Source of the DNA: a virus
IMG/VR virus record: IMGVR_UViG_3300045988_009625
Location: 1 to 57,728 of that record
Strand: one strand, 5' to 3'
Length of the DNA: 57,728 nt
In this document: piece after piece, positions 8,504 through 16,590 of the stretch
Layout: each line of letters opens with the position of its first letter
How positions within the stretch are numbered: the first letter of the stretch is position 1
Position numbers and translations under genes: made by a program
The notes under the pieces: generated by a model
The model's input: only the letters and a program-made list of their open reading frames with translations
Database searches by the model: none
Told to the model about the DNA's origin: nothing

Positions 8504-9226
8504 ATGTTGGATTTTGGATATTACAACATGGATTGTATGCAAGGAATGAAAGAATTTCCCGACAAATATTTTGACCTTGCGATTGTAGACCCTGCATACG
8601 GAAGAAAAGAGCATGGCGGTAAAAACAGAAGCGGATATGTTAGGCAGAAAAACGGAGGTAAAATTTTTGTAAAAGATGGACAGTACGAAAATCGAAAATG
8701 GGATAACAGACCACCTTCAGAAGAATACTTCAATGAACTTATGAGAGTTTCAAAGAATCAAATTATTTTTGGTTGCAATTATTTTGATTACCCACTAATA
8801 GGCGGTCGCATTATTTGGGATAAGTGTAATGATGGTAGCGACCAGTCAGATGCGGAAATAGCATACTGCAGTTTGAATAGCAGGGTTGGTATTTTCCGCT
8901 ATATGTGGCGAGGCATGTTTCAGGGGAAATCTATTACTGAAGGAACCGTTCAGCAGGGCAACAAGAAACTAAACGAAAAACGCATACATCCCACGCAAAA
9001 ACCGGTGGCATTATACGAATGGCTGTTAAACAGATACGCAAAGCCGAATGACATTATACTTGATACTCATGTAGGCAGTGCGAGTAGCTTGATAGCTTGC
9101 TATAACACAAATCATAAATTTGTCGGGTTTGAGCTTGACGAATACTATTACAAGGTATCAAAACAGAGGCTAGATACCGAAATGGCACAAATGAGATTAA
9201 GTGATTTTATAGGAGATACAGTATGA
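8504..9226 (+). CDS. DNA methyltransferase (beta-class N6-A/N4-C type)
   Basis: Motif IV variant IVDPAYG lies N-terminal and the AdoMet motif ILDTHVGSASS lies C-terminal. HPTQKPVAL block present. Confidence 0.85.
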   Translation: MLDFGYYNMDCMQGMKEFPDKYFDLAIVDPAYGRKEHGGKNRSGYVRQKNGGKIFVKDGQYENRKWDNRPPSEEYFNELMRVSKNQIIFGCNYFDYPLIGGRIIWDKCNDGSDQSDAEIAYCSLNSRVGIFRYMWRGMFQGKSITEGTVQQGNKKLNEKRIHPTQKPVALYEWLLNRYAKPNDIILDTHVGSASSLIACYNTNHKFVGFELDEYYYKVSKQRLDTEMAQMRLSDFIGDTV

Positions 9227-9414
9227 AAGACGAAACAAAGCAAGAAATACAAATAATCCTTGACTTGCTAAAAGGTAGTCTTGTAAGGAATGGTGTGAGT
9301 ATGGCAACAGACAGAGAGGGCAACTTAATGTTCTTTGATACATCTGTCTATGTCAGAAGTAAAGGCAAGGAATTTGACGGATTCAGAGTTAATATTAACG
9401 ATTTAGTGAAGTAA
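9223..9414 (+). CDS. hypothetical protein
   Basis: 63-aa ORF with ATGA overlap. Confidence 0.55.
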   Translation: MKDETKQEIQIILDLLKGSLVRNGVSMATDREGNLMFFDTSVYVRSKGKEFDGFRVNINDLVK

Positions 9415-9442
9415 CAATGTGACAGAACTTGAAGAGGTAATT

Positions 9443-10195
9443 ATGGCAGGCAATTTTATTAAAATTGACAGAAAGATTTTAAAGTGGGAATGGTGGAGCG
9501 ATATTAATACATTCAGACTTTTTATGTATATGTTGATAAGTGCCTATTGGAAAGACGGAAATTATAAAGGCAAGATAATTGAAAGAGGGTCTTTTCCCTC
9601 TTCAATATCTGAATTATCAAAAGAAACTAATCTGTCTGTAATGGAAATTCGTACCTCGCTAAAACACTTACAATTAACAGGCGAAATAACAAGCAAAGCA
9701 ACAAACAAATTCACGATATTTACTGTGGTTAACTACAATTTGTATCAAACGGATAACAAGCAAGATAACAAACAAATAACAAGCAACTTAACAAACAATC
9801 AACAAACAGATAACATTCTATTAACAAACTCTATATTAAAAGAAAGTAAGAATGAAAGAACGGAAGAAATTAAAAAAGACAAGAATATAGAAAAAGATAT
9901 TACTAACGTAATATCCAAAAAGAAAAGCTATTATCCCAATGATGAATTGCTTGATGAAGCATTCAACGAATATCTGACAATGCGTAAGAGAATTAAGAAG
10001 CCTATATGCACCGACAAGGCATTGCATAGGGCTATGAATACTCTTGAAAAGTTGTCTGGTGGAGATAATGACTTGGCTATTAAAATTCTTAATCAATCAG
10101 TAGACCATTGCTGGCAAGGACTGTTTGAGTTGAAAAGTGACAGCAAGCAAGATGGGCAGGGATTTGGGAATGGCATTGATTGGAGTAAAGTGTAA
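9443..10195 (+). CDS. phage replisome organizer / replication initiator-like protein
   Basis: N-terminal FIKIDRKILKWEWW...SISELSKETNLSVMEIRTSLKHLQ (winged-helix organizer type), an N/Q/T-rich linker encoded by iterons, and a DnaD-like C-terminus. Confidence 0.65.
   Translation: MAGNFIKIDRKILKWEWWSDINTFRLFMYMLISAYWKDGNYKGKIIERGSFPSSISELSKETNLSVMEIRTSLKHLQLTGEITSKATNKFTIFTVVNYNLYQTDNKQDNKQITSNLTNNQQTDNILLTNSILKESKNERTEEIKKDKNIEKDITNVISKKKSYYPNDELLDEAFNEYLTMRKRIKKPICTDKALHRAMNTLEKLSGGDNDLAIKILNQSVDHCWQGLFELKSDSKQDGQGFGNGIDWSKV
9686..9830 (+). repeat. iteron-like array, (A/T)TAACAA(R)CAA, seven copies phased at 11-12 bp (9753-9827) plus one at 9686
   Basis: Copies start at 9753, 9765, 9776, 9788, 9799, 9810 and 9821, inside the linker of the organizer gene. 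Confidence 0.7.
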
Positions 10196-10208
10196 AGGAG
10201 CGTAAAGA

Positions 10209-10481
10209 ATGAGATTGATTGATGCAGACAATCTGAATTTTGAAGGGCAAAAGTACAACAAAAGCCAGATGAAAGCAATTCTTGATTTTGCGGATGCGCA
10301 GCCGACCGCCTACGATGTAGACAAGGCTGTGAAGAGATTGAGAAAAGAATTAAAATTAGCAAATAAAGAAAAGCAAAGGTGCGCAAAAGAAAATATCTGT
10401 CAGTTTGATGAAGTGAAAGGATATGTTAGGGCTATTGATGTTGCAATTGATATTGTAAAGGCAGGTGGCAAGAATGAGTAG
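10209..10481 (+). CDS. hypothetical protein of the 'MRLIDAD...VKAGG' type (paralog of 5428-5709)
   Basis: MRLIDADNL..., QPTAYDVD, AIDIVKAGG. Confidence 0.7.
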   Translation: MRLIDADNLNFEGQKYNKSQMKAILDFADAQPTAYDVDKAVKRLRKELKLANKEKQRCAKENICQFDEVKGYVRAIDVAIDIVKAGGKNE

Positions 10482-10653
10482 AGTAGATGATACGCTTAAC
10501 AAAATAAATTTTAGAAGTGATTATCCGTACAACGGAAAGGTTGAATCGCTCTTAAAAACAATTGCAATTAATAGTGCTATTATATGTGACAAATTAGATA
10601 CTATTTCTAATCAATTGAAAGGGGGTAGTAATGACAAGAGAAGAAACGGTTGA
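10474..10653 (+). CDS. hypothetical small protein
   Basis: ATG 10474 follows AGGTGG in the junction box. The track starts at 10465. Confidence 0.5.
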   Translation: MSRVDDTLNKINFRSDYPYNGKVESLLKTIAINSAIICDKLDTISNQLKGGSNDKRRNG

Positions 10654-11293
10654 AATAATTCATATTATTTGTGATTGCTACCCGAATTTCAAACCTGAAG
10701 ACTTATCAAGGACAATTGATGCGTGGCAAGTGATGTTAGAAGAATATAGTTGCGAGCAAGTGGCTGTCGCTTTAAAAGCATATATTACATCTAATACAAG
10801 CGGATTTGCACCAAGCGTAGGAGAAATAGTTGCTAAAATACAACTTGTATCACAGCCGCAGGAACTTGACGGAATGACGGCTTGGGGGTTGGTTAGCAAG
10901 GCTTTAAGGAATGGTACTTATGGGGCGGTTGAAGAATTTAAAAAACTACCGCCGTTAGTCAGACAGGCGGTTGGTATGCCAGATAACCTTAAAAACTGGG
11001 CGACATCAGACTATCAGACAATAGAAACAGTAATACAATCAAATTTTCTAAGAACTTACGAAACAGTTGTTAAGCGTGCGAATGAAATAAATCGTATGCC
11101 GGACAATATCAAATCACTTATCGAAAAGACGAATGCAGATTCGTACAAGGCTCAAATCGAGCAAAAATTCCAAAGAGATATAAATACATTACAAATTAAA
11201 GAAAATGCCCTTGTTGGTCAGAATATAAACGCAGAGAATTATATTGAAGCACCTCAAGATATACAAGATAGAATTAACAGAATGAGAGGTTGA
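10631..11293 (+). CDS. G39P-like helicase loader/inhibitor family protein (putative)
   Basis: N-terminus ...IIHIICDCYPNFKPEDLSRTIDAWQVMLEEYSCEQVAVALKAYI...APSVGEI matches the SPP1 G39P-type pattern. Follows the organizer gene. Confidence 0.55.
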   Translation: MTREETVEIIHIICDCYPNFKPEDLSRTIDAWQVMLEEYSCEQVAVALKAYITSNTSGFAPSVGEIVAKIQLVSQPQELDGMTAWGLVSKALRNGTYGAVEEFKKLPPLVRQAVGMPDNLKNWATSDYQTIETVIQSNFLRTYETVVKRANEINRMPDNIKSLIEKTNADSYKAQIEQKFQRDINTLQIKENALVGQNINAENYIEAPQDIQDRINRMRG

Positions 11294-11967
11294 TTTTAGT
11301 GGAAACAACGCCAATTAGTCCACAGATGAGAATGTACTATAAGCGGAAAGAGGCAGGATTATGCGTTGAATGTGGTAAGCCACTTAATGGAGAAAAACTT
11401 AAATGCAGAGATTGCCGAGAAAGAATTAATGCAAACAGAAAAGAACTTGCACACTGGTATCAAGATAATGGCATATGCCCTGAATGTCGGCATAATAACC
11501 TTATGGGGGACGAAAGGGTTTGTCCTGAATGTTCTGCAAAAAGATATTCTCAGAGGATTGCTAGGTATAATGCTAATCCCGAAGAGTTCGAGGCAAGAGA
11601 TAGGCTTGAACAGAAGAAAATCAGAACAAGACGAGCTGAAAAAGGGTTATGCGTGAAATGTGGCAAAGTTAAGGCAGATAGTAAATATAAAACTTGTACA
11701 AAATGCCGTATTAAAGCAAGAAATGCAAAACGCAATAAGCAAAAAGATTGTAAGGTTGAGCTAAAAAGAGAATGGGTTGCCAATGGCAGATGCTGGTTTT
11801 GCGGTGAGCCGGTTTATAATCATTCAAAATTATGCAAAGAGCATTACATTAAGTCTTTAGTTTATGTAAAGAAAAGCAAGGAAGCGAGGATAAAAAATGA
11901 GCAAGCCAGAACAACGAAGATTTCAACAGCAAATGATGAGAGTTCAAATAAACAGGCAGAAGAATAA
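11290..11967 (+). CDS. multi-zinc-ribbon protein (four CxxC...CxxC units)
   Basis: CVECG..CRDC, CPEC..CPEC, CVKCG..CTKC, CWFCG..C..H. The TTG start is uncertain (alternative ATG 11326). Confidence 0.55.
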   Translation: MILVETTPISPQMRMYYKRKEAGLCVECGKPLNGEKLKCRDCRERINANRKELAHWYQDNGICPECRHNNLMGDERVCPECSAKRYSQRIARYNANPEEFEARDRLEQKKIRTRRAEKGLCVKCGKVKADSKYKTCTKCRIKARNAKRNKQKDCKVELKREWVANGRCWFCGEPVYNHSKLCKEHYIKSLVYVKKSKEARIKNEQARTTKISTANDESSNKQAEE

Positions 11968-12169
11968 AGAAAATAAAGAAATGTTTGGTAATGCCTTAAT
12001 GATTCTGTTATGGGTGTTGCACGATAAATTTGGATTCGGTAATAAGCGATTGGAGCGGCTTATTGATGAAATCAATAAATTTAACGAAGATTTCAATGCA
12101 GGACTTATAGACCCAAAAGAGCTTATTGAACAGTTGGAAGAAGAGGCAAAAATAAAAATTAAATATTAA
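11897..12169 (+). CDS. hypothetical protein
   Basis: ATG 11897 follows GAGGA. It overlaps the upstream ORF by 71 nt, so one of the two boundaries is uncertain. Confidence 0.5.
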   Translation: MSKPEQRRFQQQMMRVQINRQKNKENKEMFGNALMILLWVLHDKFGFGNKRLERLIDEINKFNEDFNAGLIDPKELIEQLEEEAKIKIKY

Positions 12170-12181
12170 GGAGAATGGCTT

Positions 12182-12394
12182 ATGAAGTTTTCGAAACTAA
12201 CTAAGCCGGAACTTGAAAGAATAATTGAAAATGCCAATTTTACCGAGGAAGAAGTGAGAATATTTATGCTTCTTTCTCGGAATTTTGCACAAAAGGAGAT
12301 AGCGCACAGATTGTCAATGTCTACAAGAACATTAGAAAGACGGGTGAGGAATATTAAGAATAAGATTGAGAGGGTGGTAAATGAGTGGAACTAA
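12182..12394 (+). CDS. small sigma-70 region-4 / LuxR-type HTH protein
   Basis: ...FTEEEVRIFMLLSRNFAQKEIAHRLSMSTRTLERRVRNIKNKI. Confidence 0.6.
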   Translation: MKFSKLTKPELERIIENANFTEEEVRIFMLLSRNFAQKEIAHRLSMSTRTLERRVRNIKNKIERVVNEWN

Positions 12395-13632
12395 CAGACA
12401 AGGAATTGTTGAATTATGTACTAGAGAATGATATTATCTCTCGTGATGATATCCAAAAAAGAATCGAAATGAACGAAAGGAAAAAATATTTAAAAGAACA
12501 TGCCTACGAGATATGGCAAGGAAAAGATAGTAAGTGGTATACATATCTGCCAAGTGAAACCGCTCCAAATGGGAGAAAGTTATTGAAGCGGTCAACATTA
12601 GATTCACTTAATGACGGGATAGTAGAACATTACAAGAAATTAGAGAATGAACCGCTAATCAGGAATGTTTTTCAGGAATGGATTAACTGCAAACTTGATT
12701 ATCACGAAATCAAGAAGCAGTCATACGATAAGTATACCAACAATTTTACTAGGTTTTTTGATTGTGAAGCATATCCATTGGCAGACAAGAAAATTAAGTA
12801 CATTACAACTGATGAATTGGAAAAATTCATCAAGACAATCATTGCTGAATGTAGTCTCTCGCAGAAAGCGTATTCTGATATGCGCATTCTTGTCAACGGC
12901 ATTTTTAAGTATGCCAAGAAAAAGGGCTATACAAATATCAGTATCACACAGTTTATGGGAGACTTAGATTTATCTCGTCGGTCATTTACCAAGAAAGTGA
13001 AAGATATGGGGGATGAGATTTATTTTGAAGATGAAATCCCTGTGATTACTGAATACTTGTGGCAGAGATACGATATCAGAAGTCTGGGACTTCTACTTAT
13101 GTTTGAGACAGGACTAAGAGCCGGAGAGCTAGCTTCACTTAAATTTTCAGATGTTCGCAGTACAAAATTAAAAGACGGAACTGTAAAGAATTTTATTTCT
13201 GTGTCAAGAACGGAAATAAAAATCAAAAATGAAAATGGAAAGTGGGTTGAACCTGTTAGCGATTATCCAAAATCCGACGCAGGCATAAGAGATGTAATAA
13301 TTACAGACAAAGCACTTAGAACTGTTAAAGCCATTCGCAGACTAAATCCATTTGGAGAATACATGTTTATGGAAAAGGGCGAACGGATTAAGAGCAAGGC
13401 GTTTAATCGCAAACTAGAGAGAGTTTGTAAAGCCTTAAATATTAATTATCGTTCAGCGCACAAGATAAGGCGTGCTTATGGCACAACACTTTATGATAAT
13501 GCAGCAAATGATTCTGTAATATGCGAAATGCTAGGGCATAGCAATATCGAGACAACAAGAAAGTATTACATATACAGCAATAAGACAAGCAAAACCAAAA
13601 TTGAGCAAGTCAGTAAGGCTATTAATTTCTGA
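12385..13632 (+). CDS. int: tyrosine recombinase / phage integrase
   Basis: ...GLRAGELASLKFSDV... (catalytic R), HKIRRAYGT (H-x-x-R), LGHSNIETTRKYY (H...Y), and an N-terminal SAM-like domain. Confidence 0.9.
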   Translation: MELTDKELLNYVLENDIISRDDIQKRIEMNERKKYLKEHAYEIWQGKDSKWYTYLPSETAPNGRKLLKRSTLDSLNDGIVEHYKKLENEPLIRNVFQEWINCKLDYHEIKKQSYDKYTNNFTRFFDCEAYPLADKKIKYITTDELEKFIKTIIAECSLSQKAYSDMRILVNGIFKYAKKKGYTNISITQFMGDLDLSRRSFTKKVKDMGDEIYFEDEIPVITEYLWQRYDIRSLGLLLMFETGLRAGELASLKFSDVRSTKLKDGTVKNFISVSRTEIKIKNENGKWVEPVSDYPKSDAGIRDVIITDKALRTVKAIRRLNPFGEYMFMEKGERIKSKAFNRKLERVCKALNINYRSAHKIRRAYGTTLYDNAANDSVICEMLGHSNIETTRKYYIYSNKTSKTKIEQVSKAINF

Positions 13633-13860
13633 TTTTGGTTACAAAGTAATCAAAGTAATCAAAGGCTAAAGGCGTAAAGCTAGAAAACAAGCGGAATACA
13701 GGATTGGTCAATCGAGTTCGATTCTCTCATCCCCTGCTAGTTTTATTAGATGGTGATATGCCGAAAAGCCGCATAAAAACTGAACGAAAGGAGCTTTTTG
13801 GATATCATCATTTTTCTTTTAAAATCAAAAGGTAATCACAGAAGTAATCAAAGAATGTTT
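13633..13860 (+). other. candidate attP with arm-type repeats (A/G)A(A/G)GTAATC x4 flanking a ~170-bp core
   Basis: AAAGTAATC at 13643 and 13652; AAGGTAATC at 13829; GAAGTAATC at 13841 (all direct). The centre contains GAGTTCGATTCTCTCATCCCCTGC, which looks like a tRNA T-loop/acceptor 3' end. Confidence 0.5.
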
Positions 13861-13863
13861 GTA

Positions 13864-13889
13864 AACGCCGTAGGGGCGTTATTTTTTTG
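13864..13889 (+). terminator. intrinsic terminator
   Basis: AACGCC-GTAGG-GGCGTT followed by ATTTTTTT. Confidence 0.7.
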
Positions 13890-13976
13890 CTTTAGAATGG
13901 CGGATAACTGTCTAATTTATGGCGGTTAATCCGTCTTTTTTTATGCAAAAATATAGTTGAAAGAGAGGTAGTGCGA

Positions 13977-14135
13977 ATGTTTTCCGATGAAGTTAGAGAA
14001 AAGATTTTAAGCAAAGAAGAATTGCAGAAACTTGATTTAGTGACATTATCTCTCGTTATCCACGCAATCGAGGAAGTTTTAGAGGAGGTAGAAGATGATA
14101 AACAATCCTTATCAGACAACACCTATGATGAATAA
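13977..14135 (+). CDS. possible small ORF (52 aa)
   Basis: ATG 13977 follows AAAGAGAGG. It overlaps the next gene start by 41 nt, so support is weak. Confidence 0.3.
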   Translation: MFSDEVREKILSKEELQKLDLVTLSLVIHAIEEVLEEVEDDKQSLSDNTYDE

Positions 14136-14610
14136 TGGATATGTACCGCAATATGGAACATATCAATACAATCCTATGGCAAATATACAGAGATACCAGC
14201 AGCAGGAGCAAATGTTACCGACACAAATGCCGGGAACATCACAACAGAATGTTATGGGGAAAATTGTTGATAGTATAGAGGCTGTCAAGGCTGTAGATAT
14301 TCCTATGGATGGCAATATTTATTATTTCCCAAAGGCTGACGGAACAGAAATTTACGGCAAACAATGGCAGTCAGACTTTACAACTCGTATTTTGACCTAT
14401 AAGCCATGTTTGGATAGTAACTCTAACAATTTATCATCTAATGATAAAAAATCGAAATTTGACCTGTCAGACGAAAGCACAGAGCTGTTTATGAGTAAGT
14501 TTAACGAACTATCAGAGAAGATAGGGCAGTTAGAAGATAGATTTGATAAATCTTTAGGAGCGCAAAGAAAAACTTCAAAAGCTCAAAGCAAGGGCGGTGA
14601 TGAAGAGTGA
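14095..14610 (+). CDS. hypothetical protein with a Q/N/M/P/Y-rich N-terminus
   Basis: 171 aa, RBS GAGGAGG. The first ~55 aa are low complexity (NNPYQTTPMMNNGYVPQYGTYQYNPM...QQQEQM). Confidence 0.65.
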   Translation: MINNPYQTTPMMNNGYVPQYGTYQYNPMANIQRYQQQEQMLPTQMPGTSQQNVMGKIVDSIEAVKAVDIPMDGNIYYFPKADGTEIYGKQWQSDFTTRILTYKPCLDSNSNNLSSNDKKSKFDLSDESTELFMSKFNELSEKIGQLEDRFDKSLGAQRKTSKAQSKGGDEE

Positions 14611-14837
14611 ATCCAATTAACCTTTTTCAAATGATGAGAGGTGGTCCTCAACAATTTATACAGCAGATAATGGGAAACAATCAGCTTATGAGCAACCCAA
14701 TGATAAAAAATACAATACAAATGGCACAGCAAGGCAATATGCAAGGCATTGAACAAATGGCTAGAAATTTATGTAAGGAAAAAGGATTAAATGCAGATGA
14801 TGTATTTAATCAAATAAAAAGCAGATTTAATAATTAA
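14607..14837 (+). CDS. hypothetical Q/M/N-rich small protein
   Basis: 76 aa; roughly one residue in four is Q or M. GTG start overlaps the upstream stop. Confidence 0.55.
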   Translation: MNPINLFQMMRGGPQQFIQQIMGNNQLMSNPMIKNTIQMAQQGNMQGIEQMARNLCKEKGLNADDVFNQIKSRFNN

Positions 14838-14907
14838 TAGCATATTAGATGTCTTTGCAAATTACCTGGGTGACATCTTTATGAATAAATTAATGGAGGT
14901 AACTAAT

Positions 14908-15687
14908 ATGTTTAATTCAAATTGTGCCAGTGTGCCACTTGTTGCGAATATTGATGGCAACAGCAATAACAATGGCTGGGGAGATGGCGGATGGCTTTGG
15001 TTCATTGTTGTAATCTTTGCAATATTTGGTGGCTGGGGCGGTGGCTTTGGCGGATTTGGCGGTAATGGTGGAGCATTACAGGGATATGCAACACAGGCTG
15101 ATATTCAGAGAGGCTTCGACAATTCGGCAGTTATCAGTAAGTTAGATGGCATTTCCAACGGACTTTGCGATGGTTTTTATGCTATGAACAACAGTATGCT
15201 CACAGGCTTTAATGGCATAAATACAAATATTATGCAGACAGGCTACGGCATCCAGCAGGCTATTAACGCTGATACAGTCGCTAATATGCAGAATACAAAT
15301 GCTTTACAGTCACAGCTTGCAAACTGTTGCTGTGAGACAAGAGAAGCCATTCAGGGTGTAAACTACAATATGGCAACCAACACTTGCGCTTTGCAGAACA
15401 CAATGAACAATAATACAAGAGATATTATTGACAGCCAACAGGCGGGAACAAGAGCAATTCTTGATTTCTTAACAAATGACAAGATTGCAACATTACAGGC
15501 AGAGAATAATGATTTACGCAGAGCTGCTTCACAGGATAGACAAAATGCACTTTTGACTACCACAATGGCAGCGCAGACAAATCAGATAATCGATGCCGTA
15601 AGACCTACACCAGTACCATCATTCCCAGCAAGCAACCTTTACGGATATGCTTACGGATGCGGATGCAATACAGGTTGCGGATGCTAA
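14908..15687 (+). CDS. hypothetical membrane protein: Gly/Trp-rich TM segment, N/Q-rich coiled region, Cys-rich tail
   Basis: GWGDGGWLWFIVVIFAIFGGWGGGFGGFGGNGG ... ANCCCE ... YGYAYGCGCNTGCGC. ATG 14908 follows GGAGG. Confidence 0.65.
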   Translation: MFNSNCASVPLVANIDGNSNNNGWGDGGWLWFIVVIFAIFGGWGGGFGGFGGNGGALQGYATQADIQRGFDNSAVISKLDGISNGLCDGFYAMNNSMLTGFNGINTNIMQTGYGIQQAINADTVANMQNTNALQSQLANCCCETREAIQGVNYNMATNTCALQNTMNNNTRDIIDSQQAGTRAILDFLTNDKIATLQAENNDLRRAASQDRQNALLTTTMAAQTNQIIDAVRPTPVPSFPASNLYGYAYGCGCNTGCGC

Positions 15688-15716
15688 ACAACTGAATAAT
15701 TAACAAGTATCTTAAT

Positions 15717-15812
15717 CAATTTTAATCGGTTTAATTCTTGGTTTAACTCGGTTTAATTCAATTTAACTTGATTTAACTCAATTTAATCGAGTTAAGTATC
15801 GAGTTTAACTCG
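15717..15812 (+). repeat. array of ~9 degenerate direct repeats RRTTTAAYTC phased at ~10 bp
   Basis: TTTAA cores at 15721, 15730, 15742, 15752, 15762, 15772, 15782 and 15804. Followed by ACTCGAAAG x2. Confidence 0.8.
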
Positions 15813-15861
15813 AAAGAAAACTCGAAAGATTATGTCTGCTAAGCAGTATTACTTATAACCA

Positions 15862-15895
15862 AAGGGCAGGCTATAATGTTTGCCCTTATTTTAAT
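15862..15895 (+). terminator. intrinsic terminator
   Basis: AAGGGCA-N12-TGCCCTT followed by ATTTTAATT. Confidence 0.65.
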
Positions 15896-15913
15896 TATCT
15901 GGAGGTTTCTAAA

Positions 15914-16129
15914 ATGGAAGAATTAAAAAATAAGTTTATAGAAGCAATTAAAAGCATAGATTTTAATAAGCTTAGCATCTACGAATTAAAAACTGTATCA
16001 GAAATTTCTGATACAGTAGATAAGATGGCAAAGAAAGATTATACAGAATTGCTTAAAGAGTCTATGGTTTCAATGGGAGTAAAAACTTCAAAAGAAGAAA
16101 AACCTAAAACAATAGGAGAAATGAAATAA
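15914..16129 (+). CDS. hypothetical small helical protein
   Basis: 71 aa, RBS GGAGG. Confidence 0.6.
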   Translation: MEELKNKFIEAIKSIDFNKLSIYELKTVSEISDTVDKMAKKDYTELLKESMVSMGVKTSKEEKPKTIGEMK

Positions 16130-16142
16130 GGAGGTTTTTATT

Positions 16143-16571
16143 ATGGCTGAATTTTCAAATGTTGCAACACAGACAGTTGCGGTAAATGGAAATGTATTAT
16201 TTACAGATGCACCAACATCTGTATGTAACAAAGGATATATTTCGCACAGAACAGGAAGCGGATTAGTCAACCTCAAAGGTGCTACTAACACTTGCAAGGC
16301 AAAGTACAGAGTAGAATTTAATGGAAATATTGCAGTACCGGCAGGTGCTACAGCAGGTCCTATATCCCTTGCGATTGCGATAGAGGGCGAACCAGATTTA
16401 TCAACACTTGCAATTTCAACACCGGCGGCGGCAGAAGCATTTAACAATGTTTCTATGGCTACAGATGTATGGCTTTCTTGCGGATGCTGTCAGGCAATCT
16501 CTGTTAAGAATACATCTACACAGGCTATCAGTGTTGCTAATGCAAATATCACAATCAACAGAATAGGTTAA
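16143..16571 (+). CDS. hypothetical beta-rich protein, pattern reminiscent of BclA-C / C1q-TNF-like jelly rolls
   Basis: ...VLFTD...GYISHRTGSGLVNLKG...YRVEFNGNIAV...ISLAIAIEGE...ISVKNTS...ITINRIG, plus a CGCC cluster. Family call is by pattern only. Confidence 0.6.
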   Translation: MAEFSNVATQTVAVNGNVLFTDAPTSVCNKGYISHRTGSGLVNLKGATNTCKAKYRVEFNGNIAVPAGATAGPISLAIAIEGEPDLSTLAISTPAAAEAFNNVSMATDVWLSCGCCQAISVKNTSTQAISVANANITINRIG

Positions 16572-16590
16572 GAAAGTGAGGTAAACAACT

